A DNA stretch of 58,868 nucleotides from Congregibacter sp. (GTDB lineage Bacteria > Pseudomonadota > Gammaproteobacteria > Pseudomonadales > Halieaceae), in contig JBELDB010000001.1 in assembly GCA_042094525.1 (NCBI GenBank), positions 13,539 through 72,406 of the forward strand, read 5' to 3'. A model generated the notes under the pieces. The model was not told the DNA's origin, did not search any database, and saw only the letters and a list, made by a program, of their open reading frames with translations. Below, piece by piece: positions 43,731 to 54,467 of the stretch (positions are counted from its first letter, which is position 1; each line of letters starts with the position of its first letter). The position numbers were made by a program, and so were the translations under genes.

Positions 43731-44468
43731 ATGAGCGGCAATTTCGTGACGGGGGCGGGTTATTTTCTGCGCGGTCTGGCGATGACCTTTCAGCCGGGTT
43801 TGCGCCGCTTCGTGGTCGTGCCGTTGATCGCCAATATCATCTTGTTCAGTCTTATGGGCTGGCTCTTGTACGAGGTCCTCACAGACTTTTACGAGGCAGC
43901 GATGCTCACTGTGCCCGAGTGGCTCCAATTTCTTTCATGGATCATCACTCCGCTCCTGTGGCTGGTCGGGGGATTAATGACGGGCTACGTATCGACCTTG
44001 TTGGTACTGATGCTCACCTCCCCCTTTCATGCATTGCTCGCGGAAAAAGTGGAAGAGGCCATCACCGGAGAGCCTGTGCCCGCTTTGGAGGGTATTGCTG
44101 CGGCGTTACTGGAGGTGCCCCGCGCTTTATTTCGAGAAATTCGTAAGTTTCTGTATTACGTGCCCGTGGCACTGGCAGTGCTGATACTGACGATCATCCC
44201 TGTTTTCAATGCGCTCGCACCTCTTGCCTGGTTTTTACTGGGTGCCTGGATGATGAGCCTGCAGTTCGTCGATTACCCAATGGACAATCACCGATTACCC
44301 TTTCGCGAGGTCCGTGACGCCTGCGCCGCGCGCAGGATATCCACGATTGGCTTTGGGGGCACTGTCGCGTTTTTTACAGGTATTCCACTGTTGAATCTGG
44401 TGGTCATCCCCGCTGCGGTGATTGGCGCCACGTTGCTGTGGTGCGAGGAGTTAAGAGACCTGCGTTAG
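43731..44468 (+). CDS. cysZ: Sulfate transporter CysZ (EI24 domain)
   Basis: GLRRFVVVPL, SPFHALLAEKVE, QFVDYPMDNH, PAAVIGAT. Confidence 0.9.
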   Translation: MSGNFVTGAGYFLRGLAMTFQPGLRRFVVVPLIANIILFSLMGWLLYEVLTDFYEAAMLTVPEWLQFLSWIITPLLWLVGGLMTGYVSTLLVLMLTSPFHALLAEKVEEAITGEPVPALEGIAAALLEVPRALFREIRKFLYYVPVALAVLILTIIPVFNALAPLAWFLLGAWMMSLQFVDYPMDNHRLPFREVRDACAARRISTIGFGGTVAFFTGIPLLNLVVIPAAVIGATLLWCEELRDLR

Positions 44469-45691
44469 CTATTGTTAGGGGCTGGTGGCGCCATGCACGC
44501 CAGAGAGTGACCCAGCAGTGCCTCAATGTCAGGGAGCAGAAACGCGTCGTCCTCGCTGGCGAAACTGATTGAGACGCCTGTGGCACCTGCCCGACCCGTG
44601 CGGCCTATACGGTGGACGTAGTCCTCGGGGTCTTCGGGCAGATTGTAATTCACCACGTGAGAGATGCCCTCTACGTGAATCCCGCGTCCCGCCACATCTG
44701 TTGCGACCATGACCTTTGAACGCCCCGATTTAAAGTTCTCAAGCGTCTTGGTTCGCTTGGCTTGAGTAATCTCTCCCGAGAGCATCCCGCATTGGACGCC
44801 TTCCTTGCGCAGCTTTTCGTAGAGCCTTCTCACCTGATCTCGTCGGTTGGCAAAAATAATGACGCTGTCGACGGTGGGATCATTGAGCAAATCCATCAGA
44901 ACAGGGAAACGCTCACGACTGGATACGAGGTAGACCCTTTGGTCCACTGAGGCAGTCGCCACACGCTCGGGCTCAATTTCGACGGTAATCGGTTCGAAAG
45001 TCCATTGCCTCGCCAGATTCATGATGTCTTGCGTAAAGGTCGCCGAGAACAACAAAGTCTGCCGATCCTCCTTGCGAGGGGTCGCCCGGACAATGCGTTT
45101 CACCTGAGGGATGAAACCCATGTCCAACATTCTGTCCGCCTCGTCGAGCACCAGAATTTCCACCCGGTCCAGCGCCAGATCCCGCCGCTCCATGAAATCA
45201 ATCAAACGCCCGGGGGTTGCAACAACCAGGTCCACAGGGGCCCGATTTACCTTGCTGAGTTGCTTTTGGTAATCGGCCCCACCGATCAGAGTCACCGTTT
45301 TAAGCCCGGTAAACCGGCCCAATTCTTCAGCATCTGCGGCGATCTGCATTACCAGTTCGCGTGTCGGAGCGATAATGACGGCCCGCGGTTCACCCAAATA
45401 ACGCTCGCCCTCTTCCGGGTGACTGAGTAAGTCGTTGAAAATGGTGATGAGAAACGCAGCGGTTTTCCCGGTGCCAGTTTGTGCCTTACCGATGGCGTCA
45501 TTCCCCGCAAGCGTATGCGGCAGAATCTGACCCTGTATCGGCGAGCAGAATTCAAATCCCAACGCATCGATACCTTGCTCAACAGAGCTATCGAGATTCA
45601 GCGTATCGAATTTAATCTTTTCGGGTGGCGCGGATTGAACGGATTCAACTGTGTCGCTCTGCGGGACGGCATTTTCTTGCACAACAATCAT
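44465..45691 (-). CDS. rhlB: ATP-dependent DEAD-box RNA helicase RhlB (start uncertain)
   Basis: GFEFCSPIQ, AQTGTGKT, PTREL, DEAD, SAT, HRIGRTGR. Confidence 0.88.
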   Translation of the reverse strand: MIVVQENAVPQSDTVESVQSAPPEKIKFDTLNLDSSVEQGIDALGFEFCSPIQGQILPHTLAGNDAIGKAQTGTGKTAAFLITIFNDLLSHPEEGERYLGEPRAVIIAPTRELVMQIAADAEELGRFTGLKTVTLIGGADYQKQLSKVNRAPVDLVVATPGRLIDFMERRDLALDRVEILVLDEADRMLDMGFIPQVKRIVRATPRKEDRQTLLFSATFTQDIMNLARQWTFEPITVEIEPERVATASVDQRVYLVSSRERFPVLMDLLNDPTVDSVIIFANRRDQVRRLYEKLRKEGVQCGMLSGEITQAKRTKTLENFKSGRSKVMVATDVAGRGIHVEGISHVVNYNLPEDPEDYVHRIGRTGRAGATGVSISFASEDDAFLLPDIEALLGHSLACMAPPAPNNS

Positions 45692-45781
45692 AAGCCGGGA
45701 AAAATGAGCGCGAAGTCTAGCACACGGAAGCGCGTTAGAATGTGCCACCGTCCTGCTGTGACAACCCCCTGATACTTGGTC

Positions 45782-47152
45782 ATGAATAACAACGCTCCGC
45801 CACGGTTCACGTCACAGATGCTCGCTGAGCTTGGCCCGCTCTGGCGCATAGCCTGGCCACTGCTGATCGCTCAAACAGCTCAGATTGGCACAGGGGTGGT
45901 CGATACGCTTATGGCCGGCAACTATAGCGATATCGATCTTGCCGCCATCGCGGTGGGCTTCAACATCTGGCTTCCGCTGTATCTCATCATTCTCGGCACG
46001 CTGTTCGCCTGCTCAGCGATCGTAGCGCAGGACTATGGCGCCGGGCGCATCGAGCGCGTCAGGAGTTTTCTGCCACAGGGCTTATGGGTGGCGGTGGCAC
46101 TGAGCGCAGTGATGACGCCGCTGTGCCTAAACAGCGAGGCCTTCATCGGCCTTTTGGGCCTCCCCACAGAGACTGCGATTAAGGCCAGTGCTTATGTGAG
46201 TCGCGTCGGGCTAGGCTTCCCCGCACTCGGCATCTTCATGGCCTTGCGTTACCACACCCAGGGGCTGGGTATAACAGCGCCTTTCGCTTTCGCAAGCGTG
46301 GTTGGCTTTGTCGCCAATGTGCCGCTGAACTACATGCTAATTTTTGGCGCCTGGGGTGCACCAGAGCTGGGAGCGGAAGGTTGTGGCCTCGCGACCGCCG
46401 CATCGATGTGGATCAGCACCCTGATCATATTCTTGTATGTCGTGACCGCGCGCTCGCTGCGACCCTATCTGCCCGACCGTTGGCTCGAGGGCCCAGACTG
46501 GAGTCGAATTTCCGAAATTCTGATAGTCGGCTTCCCGGTGGGGCTGACATTTTTTCTAGAGACTGGCGTGTTTTCGGCCATCACCTTGCTGATTGCCACG
46601 CTGGGTGATGCAGCAGTCGCCGCACATCAAATCGCGATCAACGTGTGGGATGTTTTTTACATACCGATGATCAGCATCGGGAGTGCCATGGCGACCCGTA
46701 TGGGCCATGCGATAGGCGCGGGCAATGCGCACGGCGTTCGCATGGCGTTGAGAGTGGGCGCTGCACTGTCAACCCTGATCGGCTTAACGGCTATGTCGGT
46801 ATTGCTGCTCTTCCCTGACACCATCATTGGTGCCTATACCCAATCTGAGGATATCCGGGACTTGGCCCTCAGATTGTTACGACTGGCGGCTCTTTTCATC
46901 ATGATCGATGTCGTGCAAATCGTAGGGTCTTTCGTACTCCGCGCCTACAAAGAAACCCGCTTCCCCTTCGTCGTTGTCACCCTATCCTACTGGGGCCTTG
47001 CGCTACCGCTGGGCTACCTGCTGGCTATCCATTGGGGCGAGAGCACCCCAGAGGGCACGGTGGACTTTTGGTACACCACGATACTGGGCATTGCAGTGGC
47101 AGCCGCATTGATTACCTGGCGCGTCAGACGAATTCTGCAAACGCTGGACTGA
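45782..47152 (+). CDS. MATE family efflux transporter (NorM-like)
   Basis: About 12 TM, VDTLMAG, NVPLNY, ELGAEGCGLAT, AAHQIA. Confidence 0.9.
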   Translation: MNNNAPPRFTSQMLAELGPLWRIAWPLLIAQTAQIGTGVVDTLMAGNYSDIDLAAIAVGFNIWLPLYLIILGTLFACSAIVAQDYGAGRIERVRSFLPQGLWVAVALSAVMTPLCLNSEAFIGLLGLPTETAIKASAYVSRVGLGFPALGIFMALRYHTQGLGITAPFAFASVVGFVANVPLNYMLIFGAWGAPELGAEGCGLATAASMWISTLIIFLYVVTARSLRPYLPDRWLEGPDWSRISEILIVGFPVGLTFFLETGVFSAITLLIATLGDAAVAAHQIAINVWDVFYIPMISIGSAMATRMGHAIGAGNAHGVRMALRVGAALSTLIGLTAMSVLLLFPDTIIGAYTQSEDIRDLALRLLRLAALFIMIDVVQIVGSFVLRAYKETRFPFVVVTLSYWGLALPLGYLLAIHWGESTPEGTVDFWYTTILGIAVAAALITWRVRRILQTLD

Positions 47153-47165
47153 ACGATCTGTCTTG

Positions 47166-47921
47166 TCAGTGACGCGCCTGACAGAGAGCACAATCGGGAC
47201 GGACAGAGAGCGCAATTTGCCTGTGCTCGCCCGTCCAGGCATCCATAACATGGAGGTGGCCAGAAGATATTTCCGAGCCCAGCAGGTATTTGATTGCCAA
47301 CAGGCTTTGTTGCAGTGCCACCAACCCGACCACGGGCCCGAGGATACCGAGCTCGGCACAACCCCCGCCCTCCGACTGAGGTTCGTCATCCATCAAGCAG
47401 TGGTAACAGCCCCACTTGCGACCACCTTCAAATAAAGCCCACTGCCCGGATGTGCGAAGGGCGGCGCCCATAATCCACGGCCGGCCCAGTTGGAAAGAGC
47501 TCCGATCAATATCCAGCCGCGCCTGCAACGAATCGGTTGCATCGAGCACAAGATCCACCCCCTCCAGAAGTTGTGATGCCGAATCCTCGCCGAATCGAGT
47601 CACCCGGGCGTCCACAGAGATTTCCCGGTTGGACTCCCTCAGTCGTTGCGCGAGAACATCCGCCTTGAACTGTCCCACGTCCTGCTCCGTGAAGGCTATC
47701 TGACGCGGCAGATTACTAAGCTCAATGCGGTCGTCATCGACGAGTCGAATCGTTCCTATACCCGCGCCTGCCAGATACTGGGCCGAGGGAGTGCCCAGCC
47801 CACCTGCTCCGACAATCAGTACGCGACTCTGTTTCAACCGAGCCTGTCCCTCTAGGTCGACCTGCGGCAGGATCAGTTGTCGCGCATAGCGCTTCAGCTC
47901 ATTGTCACTTAATCCGGCCAT
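47166..47921 (-). CDS. moeB: MoeB/ThiF family adenylyltransferase
   Basis: RYARQL, GAGGLG, SNLPRQ, CYHC and CALC zinc motifs; follows prmC. Confidence 0.85.
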   Translation of the reverse strand: MAGLSDNELKRYARQLILPQVDLEGQARLKQSRVLIVGAGGLGTPSAQYLAGAGIGTIRLVDDDRIELSNLPRQIAFTEQDVGQFKADVLAQRLRESNREISVDARVTRFGEDSASQLLEGVDLVLDATDSLQARLDIDRSSFQLGRPWIMGAALRTSGQWALFEGGRKWGCYHCLMDDEPQSEGGGCAELGILGPVVGLVALQQSLLAIKYLLGSEISSGHLHVMDAWTGEHRQIALSVRPDCALCQARH

Positions 47922-48718
47922 TGCCCACCCGTAATGCGCGCCTGACCAGACCAGTCTTTTCGCGTTTCGATATTCTTAAAACCCCTTTCTCGCAGGCAAT
48001 GCGCCACCGCATCAGCCTGATCGAAACCGTGCTCAAGCAGCAACCATCCACCCGACTCGAGGCGTTTTGGGGTGTGTTGAACAATGTGCTGGATTGACTC
48101 CAAACCGGTTTTTCCACCGACCAAAGCGCTTGCTGGTTCTGCCGGAAGATCGCCCTGCTGAAGATGTGCATCAGTCGCTGCTATATAGGGCGGATTCGCC
48201 ACCACTAGATCCCAAAAAGCCTCAGGCAGCTGCGAAAACCAGTCACTGTGAAACCATTCCACCTGCAGCCCGAGGGATTGAGCATTGGCGTTTGCACACT
48301 CCAACGCGTCGACACTGCAATCGACGGCCGTCAGCTCGGCCGCGGGACGCTCGGATTTGCAGGCTAACGCCACCGCTCCACTGCCCGTTCCCAAGTCCAA
48401 TACCCGCTGCGCTCCCGCATCAATACGTTCAATCGCCCACTCCACCAGATGCTCCGTCTCCCTGCGCGGAATCAGGACGTGGCGGCTCACCTTCAGACGC
48501 AGTGTTCGAAAGTCACGATGCCCAATGAGGTAAGCCAGTGGCTCACCACTACGCCTCGCCTCAGCAAGCTGTCTGAAGGCGTTAAGCGCTGCGTCATCCA
48601 AATGCTCGTCGCCGTGAGCGAACAGCCAGGCGCGCTCAACCTCAAGGACGTGGGTAAGCAATATTTCAGTCTCACCTCGATCAATACTGGATCGCTGCAG
48701 CAGCTCGCGAACCGTCAT
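47909..48718 (-). CDS. prmC: Release factor glutamine methyltransferase
   Basis: [26 protein letters not shown]. Confidence 0.96.
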   Translation of the reverse strand: MTVRELLQRSSIDRGETEILLTHVLEVERAWLFAHGDEHLDDAALNAFRQLAEARRSGEPLAYLIGHRDFRTLRLKVSRHVLIPRRETEHLVEWAIERIDAGAQRVLDLGTGSGAVALACKSERPAAELTAVDCSVDALECANANAQSLGLQVEWFHSDWFSQLPEAFWDLVVANPPYIAATDAHLQQGDLPAEPASALVGGKTGLESIQHIVQHTPKRLESGGWLLLEHGFDQADAVAHCLRERGFKNIETRKDWSGQARITGGQWPD

Positions 48719-49800
48719 TCCTCTGCCATTGCCGCAAGCAAGTCGGCCTGATGCTCTTGCCTGAGTGGCAAAATCAACGGGTCCAGATCACCACTGACTA
48801 CCTCGTCCAATTTGTAGAGTGTCAGATTGATTCGATGATCAGTGATTCTCCCTTGGGGAAAATTATAGGTTCGGATGCGCTCTGAACGATCGCCCGAACC
48901 CACCAGTGAACGGCGCTCGGAAGCCTGTGAGGCTCGCTGGCTCTCTTGCTCCGCCGAGAGCAACTTCGCCTGTAACAGAGACATCGCTCTGGCGCGATTC
49001 TTGTGTTGCGAACGTTCGTCCTGACACTCGACAACAATACCCGTCGGCAGATGAGTCAAGCGCACCGCCGAGTCCGTCGTATTGACGTGCTGGCCACCTG
49101 CCCCCGAGGAGCGAAAAGTATCGACTCGCAGATCCTCTTTCTTAATGTCGATGTTTTGGACCTCTTCCATCTCAGGCAGAACAGCCACCGTGCACGCCGA
49201 CGTGTGGATCCGACCCTGAGATTCGGTCTCAGGTACGCGTTGCACACGATGGGCGCCTGACTCAAATTTAAGATGGCTGTATACATCCTGACCGACCACT
49301 CTACTGATCAGTTCTTTGTAGCCACCATGCTCCCCTGATCGCTCAGACAAAATCTCCACCGACCAGCCCTTTTGCTCGGCGTAACGGTGGTACATCCTGA
49401 AAAGGTCACCTGAAAAAATCGCTGCCTCATCACCCCCCGTGCCCGCTCGGATCTCAAGAAAAACATTACTGCCATCATTGGGGTCGCGTGGCAGAAGCAG
49501 CAGCTGAAGCGCCGACTCAATCTGCTCCAGTGCCTCCGTTGCCTCCGTGATCTCTTCAGTGGCGAGGGCTCTGATTTCCGCGTCGGAGTCCTCGAGTAGT
49601 TGCTTGGCATCCTCCATCTCACTCTGAAGCTGCTGCCAGCGCTGATACTGCGCCACCACCTCATTTAACTGCGCGAACTCAACCGACAGGTCCCGGAAAC
49701 GATTCTGACTGTTGATGACCTCAGCGTCGCCCAGCAGTGCTTCCACCTCCTGGTGGCGGTCGGCCAATGCTTCGAGTTTGCTAAGAAGGGATGCTTTCAC
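48715..49800 (-). CDS. prfA: Peptide chain release factor 1
   Basis: GTGGDEA, PET motif, GGQ, RIRTYNF. Confidence 0.98.
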   Translation of the reverse strand: MKASLLSKLEALADRHQEVEALLGDAEVINSQNRFRDLSVEFAQLNEVVAQYQRWQQLQSEMEDAKQLLEDSDAEIRALATEEITEATEALEQIESALQLLLLPRDPNDGSNVFLEIRAGTGGDEAAIFSGDLFRMYHRYAEQKGWSVEILSERSGEHGGYKELISRVVGQDVYSHLKFESGAHRVQRVPETESQGRIHTSACTVAVLPEMEEVQNIDIKKEDLRVDTFRSSGAGGQHVNTTDSAVRLTHLPTGIVVECQDERSQHKNRARAMSLLQAKLLSAEQESQRASQASERRSLVGSGDRSERIRTYNFPQGRITDHRINLTLYKLDEVVSGDLDPLILPLRQEHQADLLAAMAEE

Positions 49801-49821
49801 TGTTAGGGCGCCGAGGCGGTG

Positions 49822-51132
49822 TTATTGAAGGGTCGTGCCTTCGTCCCGTTCCTCATCGAAGTCCGTCAGTCCCAACATAGCGGCCATCTTCGAGACATCG
49901 CGCTTACCACCCTCCTTTGCGAGCTGTCGGAGGCCAGCTGTAGGAGCGTGAATCAGCTTATTGGTGAGATCTCTGGCAAGACGGCCGAGAGCTTCTTCTG
50001 GGTCAGCACCTTTTTCCAACATTCTGAGGGCTTTATCTAGCTCTGCCTGCTGCAGAGCCAAGGCGGAGTCTCGATAGGTTTTCACAACGTCGGCTGACTG
50101 CCGCTCCAACAAACCCTCTTTGAGTGCCTCGATACCCGAGGCGACAATTTCGTCAGCTTTACTCGCTTCAGATGCGCGCAATCGGAGATTCTCTTCGATG
50201 ACTTCCCGCATGTCGTCGACGGTATACAGGTAAATATCTGAGATCTCAGCGACCTGAGGTTCTATATCTCTCGGCACCGCCAAATCAATCATCAGCATTG
50301 GCCGCCAACGACGTGCCTTCACCGCGTCTTCTGCCGCACCCTTACCCAGAATCGGGAGCTGGCTACCCGTCGAACTGATCACAATGTCAGCATCTGGCAA
50401 ACGGTCCGTCACGTCCGCTAGCAATATCGCTTCAGCGTCAAACTGGGCTGCTAACTGCTCGGCACGCTCGAGGGTTCGGTTGGCAATCATCAGCTTACCC
50501 AAACCAGCATCCCGCAAATGCCTTGCAACCAGCTCGATGGTCTCTCCTGCACCCAACAGGAGCGCCGTACTGCGCTCCATATCGCTGAATATCTGGCGCG
50601 CCAGGTCCACCGCCGCATAAGCGACGGAGACCGGGTTCTCTCCAATCGCTGTGTCGGTTCGGACTTTCTTGGCGATGCGAAACGCCTCGGGGAAAATGAG
50701 ATTCAGATGAAAACCAACAGCACCCGCCTCTTGCGCCACCGCAAAAGCAGATTTCATTTGGCCAAATATCTGGGGCTCGCCCAGCACCATAGAATTCAAT
50801 CCGGCAGCCACCCTCACTAAATGAGAAGCCGCTGCAACACCGTGGTTACGATAGATAGAGGGCAATAATTGATTGACGTCCAATCCGTGGTGACCGGCGA
50901 GCCATTGCGACAGCTGGTCGCTGGCACTAACACCATCAGCGCCGTCGGGCAGCACTCCATAGAGCTCCGTGCGATTGCAGGTGGACAAAATGACCGATTC
51001 GCTAATTTGCGTATCGCGTATTAGAGCACCCAGCGACTCGTGCACTTTTTCCGGAGCAAATGCTATCTGCTCGCGCAGCTCTACCGAGGCCGAGTCATGG
51101 TTTACACCAACTACCACCAGCTTATGCAACAT
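49822..51132 (-). CDS. hemA: Glutamyl-tRNA reductase
   Basis: STCNRTE, GEPQIFGQ, GAGE, DLAVPRD, NKLIHAP. Confidence 0.97.
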   Translation of the reverse strand: MLHKLVVVGVNHDSASVELREQIAFAPEKVHESLGALIRDTQISESVILSTCNRTELYGVLPDGADGVSASDQLSQWLAGHHGLDVNQLLPSIYRNHGVAAASHLVRVAAGLNSMVLGEPQIFGQMKSAFAVAQEAGAVGFHLNLIFPEAFRIAKKVRTDTAIGENPVSVAYAAVDLARQIFSDMERSTALLLGAGETIELVARHLRDAGLGKLMIANRTLERAEQLAAQFDAEAILLADVTDRLPDADIVISSTGSQLPILGKGAAEDAVKARRWRPMLMIDLAVPRDIEPQVAEISDIYLYTVDDMREVIEENLRLRASEASKADEIVASGIEALKEGLLERQSADVVKTYRDSALALQQAELDKALRMLEKGADPEEALGRLARDLTNKLIHAPTAGLRQLAKEGGKRDVSKMAAMLGLTDFDEERDEGTTLQ

Positions 51133-51171
51133 GGCTTCGGTCAACGCCCTCGCCATTCATCCCAAGTTGCT

Positions 51172-51180
51172 ATTATACCA
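51172..51180 (-). promoter_or_regulatory. Extended -10 element upstream of hemA
   Basis: TGGTATAAT on minus strand (TGnTATAAT consensus). Confidence 0.5.
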
Positions 51181-51238
51181 CCTACACACCACGAACTCGT
51201 CGCAGAGGCACAGGGCCTTTGTGGCACTATATGCACAC

Positions 51239-52957
51239 ATGATTACCCACCGCGCAACAACATTCGTTCTTGTTCTCCTTCTCGCAGGGTGCGCCACCGC
51301 TCCGCCTGCGCCAGAGACGGCGGATGTCACCTTGGCCCCGGCTGCCGTCGGGGCACCAGCAGACATTCCAGAGACACCGATCCCCAGCGAGAGCCTGTTA
51401 CCGCTATTACAAGCGGAATTCGCCTTGCGTCAACGAGATTTTGACCAGGGGCTTGTCTTGCTGTCCGAACAGGCCGCATTGCTCCCAGACCCCGCGTTGA
51501 CCCGCCGCGCGCTGCGCTTGGCCGAGTTCGTCAACGACTCCGAAAAAGCGACCGCCATGGCAGTCCGGCTAGTGGCATTAGATCCCAACGATGGAGCCGC
51601 TGCTGCGGCCGCTTCGGGCTGGCTTTCCAGAACCGGCCAGCCTGCAGAAGCCCTAAGATACGCGGGTCTGGCGCTTGAACTCGGTCACTCTGTCAACATT
51701 GCCAGCAGCCTCGGTACCTATGAGTCATTGGATAGCGAGGGTCGAACCGAAATCGGAGAAGCGATAAGCGACCTTGCCACACGGTGGCCAGACGACGATC
51801 AGGTGGCGATCGCCGCGAGCCTGCTTGCACGACTGGAGGGAGAGTTGAGTCTCGCCGAGTCTTTGATCCGCCCGGTGCTCCAGCGTTCTCCTGACGATAC
51901 ACGGGCAATCATGTTGTGGACACAGCTGATGCTCGATCAATCCTCCGAATCTCCCTTTGAGTTACTCGCAGAAACGGTTTCAACGTACCCTGAGAATCAA
52001 GAACTTCGGCGGCAGTACGCCAGACTGCTGGGCGCTGAGGGCGACTATGCCGGGGCGCGGGCACAATTTGCCATTTTGCTCGAGCGCGAACCCGATAATC
52101 CTGAACTCCTATCGACAGCCGCTCTTCTGGATTTTGAGTTGGAGTACTTCGATGAGGCTTTGGCAAAATTCCAGAGATTGATCACCCTGCAGGAGCGGCT
52201 TGATGAAGCGCATTATTACGTCGGTCGAATCGAAATGGGACGGGATCGCTATGCAGAGGCGATCGAGGCGTTCGCCGCGGTGGGCCCCTCGCGCGAATTC
52301 CGTGACGCCAAAGCGCAAGCGGCTCAATTATTGAGCGATACGGCTTTCGCAAGTGACATCAAAACTTTTTTTGAGAATCAGCGTCGCATGTACCCCAGCG
52401 CGGCGGAACAACTCTTTCTGTTGGAAGCGGACTCGTTGCGAGACTGGGAGGGTGAAGCCCTTAAAGCCTATGATCGAGGTCTTACAGCGTTCCCGCAATC
52501 ATTCTCTCTGTTGTATGGCCGCGCAATGGTGCACGAGTCTTACGGTAAGTTAGGCGCGATGGAGAACGACCTGCGCAGCATCCTTGCCCAAGATCCCAAT
52601 CATGCAGCCACGCTGAACGCGTTGGGATACACGCTGACTAACCATACCCAGCGTTATGAAGAAGCCGCCGATCTCATAGAGAGAGCACTCGCTCTGTCCC
52701 CCGGTGATCCCGCCATTCTCGATAGTCTGGGTTGGGTGTACTACAAGCTGGGCCAATACAGCGCATCCGAGGCACTTCTGCGACGGGCGCACAATGCTTT
52801 TCCCGATCCTGAAGTGGCCGCGCACCTCGGAGAGGTGCTGTGGATGCAAGGCAGGCAGATTGAAGCGCGGGACGTATGGCGCGCCGGGCTCAGCAAAGTG
52901 CCTGACCACCCTATTATCCTCGAAGCGGCAGACCGGCTGGGCGCTGAGCTGCCGTGA
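51239..52957 (+). CDS. Tetratricopeptide-repeat lipoprotein (hemA-lolB linked family)
   Basis: Lipobox LLAGC, multiple TPRs, LNALGYTL, DSLGWV, EVAAHLGEVLW. Confidence 0.88.
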   Translation: MITHRATTFVLVLLLAGCATAPPAPETADVTLAPAAVGAPADIPETPIPSESLLPLLQAEFALRQRDFDQGLVLLSEQAALLPDPALTRRALRLAEFVNDSEKATAMAVRLVALDPNDGAAAAAASGWLSRTGQPAEALRYAGLALELGHSVNIASSLGTYESLDSEGRTEIGEAISDLATRWPDDDQVAIAASLLARLEGELSLAESLIRPVLQRSPDDTRAIMLWTQLMLDQSSESPFELLAETVSTYPENQELRRQYARLLGAEGDYAGARAQFAILLEREPDNPELLSTAALLDFELEYFDEALAKFQRLITLQERLDEAHYYVGRIEMGRDRYAEAIEAFAAVGPSREFRDAKAQAAQLLSDTAFASDIKTFFENQRRMYPSAAEQLFLLEADSLRDWEGEALKAYDRGLTAFPQSFSLLYGRAMVHESYGKLGAMENDLRSILAQDPNHAATLNALGYTLTNHTQRYEEAADLIERALALSPGDPAILDSLGWVYYKLGQYSASEALLRRAHNAFPDPEVAAHLGEVLWMQGRQIEARDVWRAGLSKVPDHPIILEAADRLGAELP

Positions 52958-53532
52958 TCCCTATCTTGCGGCGCGCTGGTCACCAGCTTGGGCTGCTGCT
53001 CCCCAGCTCTCTCCTTCTGAGCCTATTACTGCTTGCGGGCTGTGCCGCAGTTCATCAGCAAACTAGCGTTATCGAATCAACGATGCCTCGGGTACCCACA
53101 GATCTCGAGTTGTGGGATGCCTCAGGCAAGGCGTCCTTTACCTATCTGAAAGAGGTAGACACCGCCCGCTTTCACTGGCGTCGGCAGGGATCTGAGCAAG
53201 ATCTGATTACCTTATCTGGCCCGTTTTCACTGAACAGTCAGACCATCGAGCGCCGGGATGACGAGCTCTTATGGCGCGACGGAGAACAGGTTCGGCCCCT
53301 GTCTGACTTGGCCCCCGACTCAGCCGCCCTCGCCGCTTTGACCGCCATCCCACCTGAATCGCTAGGGCGCTGGTTACTGGGTGCCCAACCTGACTCATCA
53401 GTTTGGGAGGTCGACGTGACCGAATGGCAGGCAGCCCCTCCCTGGCAAGCGCCCTCTCGGGTTACAATTCGCGGCACCGGCATGGAAATTAAGGTCATTA
53501 TCTCGCAATGGGAATTCAGTCCGGCACCGTAA
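52954..53532 (+). CDS. lolB: Outer membrane lipoprotein insertase LolB
   Basis: Lipobox LLAGC, W..SGK, LSGP, WLLG, IKVIISQW; upstream of ispE. Confidence 0.8.
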   Translation: MIPILRRAGHQLGLLLPSSLLLSLLLLAGCAAVHQQTSVIESTMPRVPTDLELWDASGKASFTYLKEVDTARFHWRRQGSEQDLITLSGPFSLNSQTIERRDDELLWRDGEQVRPLSDLAPDSAALAALTAIPPESLGRWLLGAQPDSSVWEVDVTEWQAAPPWQAPSRVTIRGTGMEIKVIISQWEFSPAP

Positions 53533-54359
53533 CAGCGATTGAGGCCTGCTCCCCCGCGAAACTCAATTTATTTCTTCACGTTACCGGTCGTCGCCCCGAC
53601 GGTTATCACTTGCTCCAGACAGTCTTTCAGTTACTCAACTGGGGCGACGATATGCGTTTCGAGAATCGTCCAGAGCCGGGGGTCACTCTGTCAGGTGATA
53701 CGGACGATATTGCGCCCGAGCAGAATCTGATTCTTCGAGCAGCTCAATCGCTCGGGCAATCCGGTCGCGGCGCTCACATCCATATCCGCAAGCGTATTCC
53801 ACGAGGCGGCGGTTTGGGTGGCGGCAGTTCCAATGCGGCCACCACATTGCTGGCGCTCAATCGATTGTGGGGGCTGGCGCTGGAGCAGGATGTTTTGCAG
53901 CAGCTGGCAGCACCTCTGGGGGCAGACGTGCCGGTGTTCGTTATGGGTCAAAGTGCCTGGGCCGAGGGGGTTGGAGAAGTGCTTTCCGCCCTCTCCTTAC
54001 CCAAGCGTTGGTATATCGTCGCCCAGCCGGGCTGCAGAGTCAGTACTGCCGAAATCTTCGCTGATCCCGCGTTGACACGCCACACCTCGCCCATTACAGT
54101 GCAGGCCTTTTTTTCAGGGGCTGGTCACAACGATCTGCAGGACGTTGTATTGCCACGCTACCCTGAGGTGCAGCAAGCGTGGGAATGGCTCTATCAGCAC
54201 TCCTCGACGGCGAGAATGACGGGCAGTGGTGCCTGTGTTTTTGCCGCGCTAGAGACAGAGGAATCAGCGCGCCGAATTGCGGCCAAGGCCCCGAATGGGC
54301 TGACCGTCGTCGTGGCCGAGGGCGTGGACCGACTCCCCGAGATGCGGGCAGTTGAGTAA
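53508..54359 (+). CDS. ispE: 4-diphosphocytidyl-2-C-methyl-D-erythritol kinase
   Basis: PAKLNLFL, GGGLGGGSSNAA, LGADVP, MTGSG. Confidence 0.96.
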   Translation: MGIQSGTVTAIEACSPAKLNLFLHVTGRRPDGYHLLQTVFQLLNWGDDMRFENRPEPGVTLSGDTDDIAPEQNLILRAAQSLGQSGRGAHIHIRKRIPRGGGLGGGSSNAATTLLALNRLWGLALEQDVLQQLAAPLGADVPVFVMGQSAWAEGVGEVLSALSLPKRWYIVAQPGCRVSTAEIFADPALTRHTSPITVQAFFSGAGHNDLQDVVLPRYPEVQQAWEWLYQHSSTARMTGSGACVFAALETEESARRIAAKAPNGLTVVVAEGVDRLPEMRAVE

Positions 54360-54368
54360 AGGGTTTGT

Positions 54369-54443
54369 TGGGGCGTCGCCAAGTGGCAAGGCAGCGGGTT
54401 TTGATCCCGCCATTCGGAGGTTCGAATCCTCCCGCCCCAGCCA
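54369..54443 (+). tRNA. tRNA-Gln (TTG)
   Basis: TGGGGCG/CGCCCCA acceptor stem, anticodon arm GCGGG-TTTTGAT-CCCGC, GGTTCGAATCC, encoded CCA; usual ispE-prs position. Confidence 0.97.
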
Positions 54444-54467
54444 TCTTTCATAGGATGAGGTAAAAGA

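Noticed and set aside
43448-44146. 232-aa ORF spanning smrA and cysZ
   Set aside because: Alternative frame with Arg/Ser/Gly-rich composition over two well-supported genes
54369-54467. tRNA-Gln as an integration site
   Set aside because: No integrase or duplicated tRNA 3' end seen; prs follows after 24 bp
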